The notes under the pieces are model-generated. The model had not been told where the DNA came from and did not search any database. It saw only the letters and a program-made list of their open reading frames with translations. A stretch of DNA of 63,995 bases, filler included, from Diploschistes diacapsis (lineage: Eukaryota): assembly GCA_023645945.1 (NCBI GenBank). It is 4 parts of 4 records of this genome, joined end to end, with 100 filler letters (N's around TTAATTAATTAA, not from the genome) between each part and the next. Parts side by side here need not be neighbours in the genome. Positions count along the whole stretch, not along the records: positions 50,478 to 63,995 come from JALAIB010000652.1; 3 more parts are not named here. One strand, given 5' to 3'. Position 1 is the stretch's first letter; every line of letters begins with the position of its first letter. The position numbers and the translations under genes are program-made. Below, one piece after another: positions 63,755 to 63,995 of this stretch.

Positions 63755-63995
63755 TAGGCTGGCCGTCACTGACACTGACACGGCCGTGTCAGTGACACGG
63801 ACACTGACAGTGTCAGTGTCCGTGTTTTAGATTTTTTAGCTGCGGTGTCCGTGTCCGTGGATTTACGGAAGTGCAGTGTCCGTATTAATATTAATGTTTT
63901 AAAATTTTTAATTACAGTGTTTATGTCCGTGCTTTTATTATAATATAATGTCCGTATTAATATCCGTATCGAAAAATTTTTTATTATAATATCCG
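63755..63995. mobile_element. Left end of a second DNA transposon/MITE (hAT-like) with palindromic subterminal repeats, AT-rich
   Basis: Begins TAGGCTGGCC, then repeated GACAC/GTGTC(CGT) motifs forming two near-perfect palindromes, then TA-rich sequence. Runs off the end of the window. Confidence 0.6.

Noticed and set aside
1..63995. tRNA, rRNA, CRISPR arrays, TPP riboswitch, stop-codon readthrough to a PTS1
   Set aside because: None was recognisable by eye. The stop contexts I checked lacked TGA-CTA, and none gave an SKL-type extension. A tRNAscan/Infernal run would be needed to exclude RNA genes formally.

Overview
Eukaryotic, intron-containing DNA from a filamentous ascomycete (Pezizomycotina). 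The evidence is short GT-AG introns with CTRAC branch sites and typical fungal orthologues. The scaffold has three 100-nt N gaps carrying a TTAATTAATTAA linker. Most of the window is a gene-dense housekeeping block: Tps3-like trehalose synthase subunit, Pxr1, Jip5, Alg14, Hlj1, Lsb5-like, HP1, Cct5, Sep1/Hcm1-like forkhead, Pet127, ADAL-type deaminase, Vps68 (partial), a WSC protein, an NDR-family kinase, a pseudouridine glycosidase/kinase fusion, a dienelactone hydrolase-SnoaL protein and a class 3 lipase. Accessory material is mixed in: a decayed HeLo-like/ankyrin gene, a decayed Ser/Gly-rich secreted gene, an Mx-like dynamin next to a kinase-vWA fusion gene, and hAT-like transposon ends and a MITE. 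The most notable observations are (i) a candidate dynamin + kinase-vWA defence-type locus, (ii) an NDR kinase with a natural phosphomimetic Glu in its hydrophobic motif, (iii) a hAT-like TIR family with three visible termini, and (iv) an in-frame, stop-free intron. All calls come from reading motifs by eye; no database searches were run.
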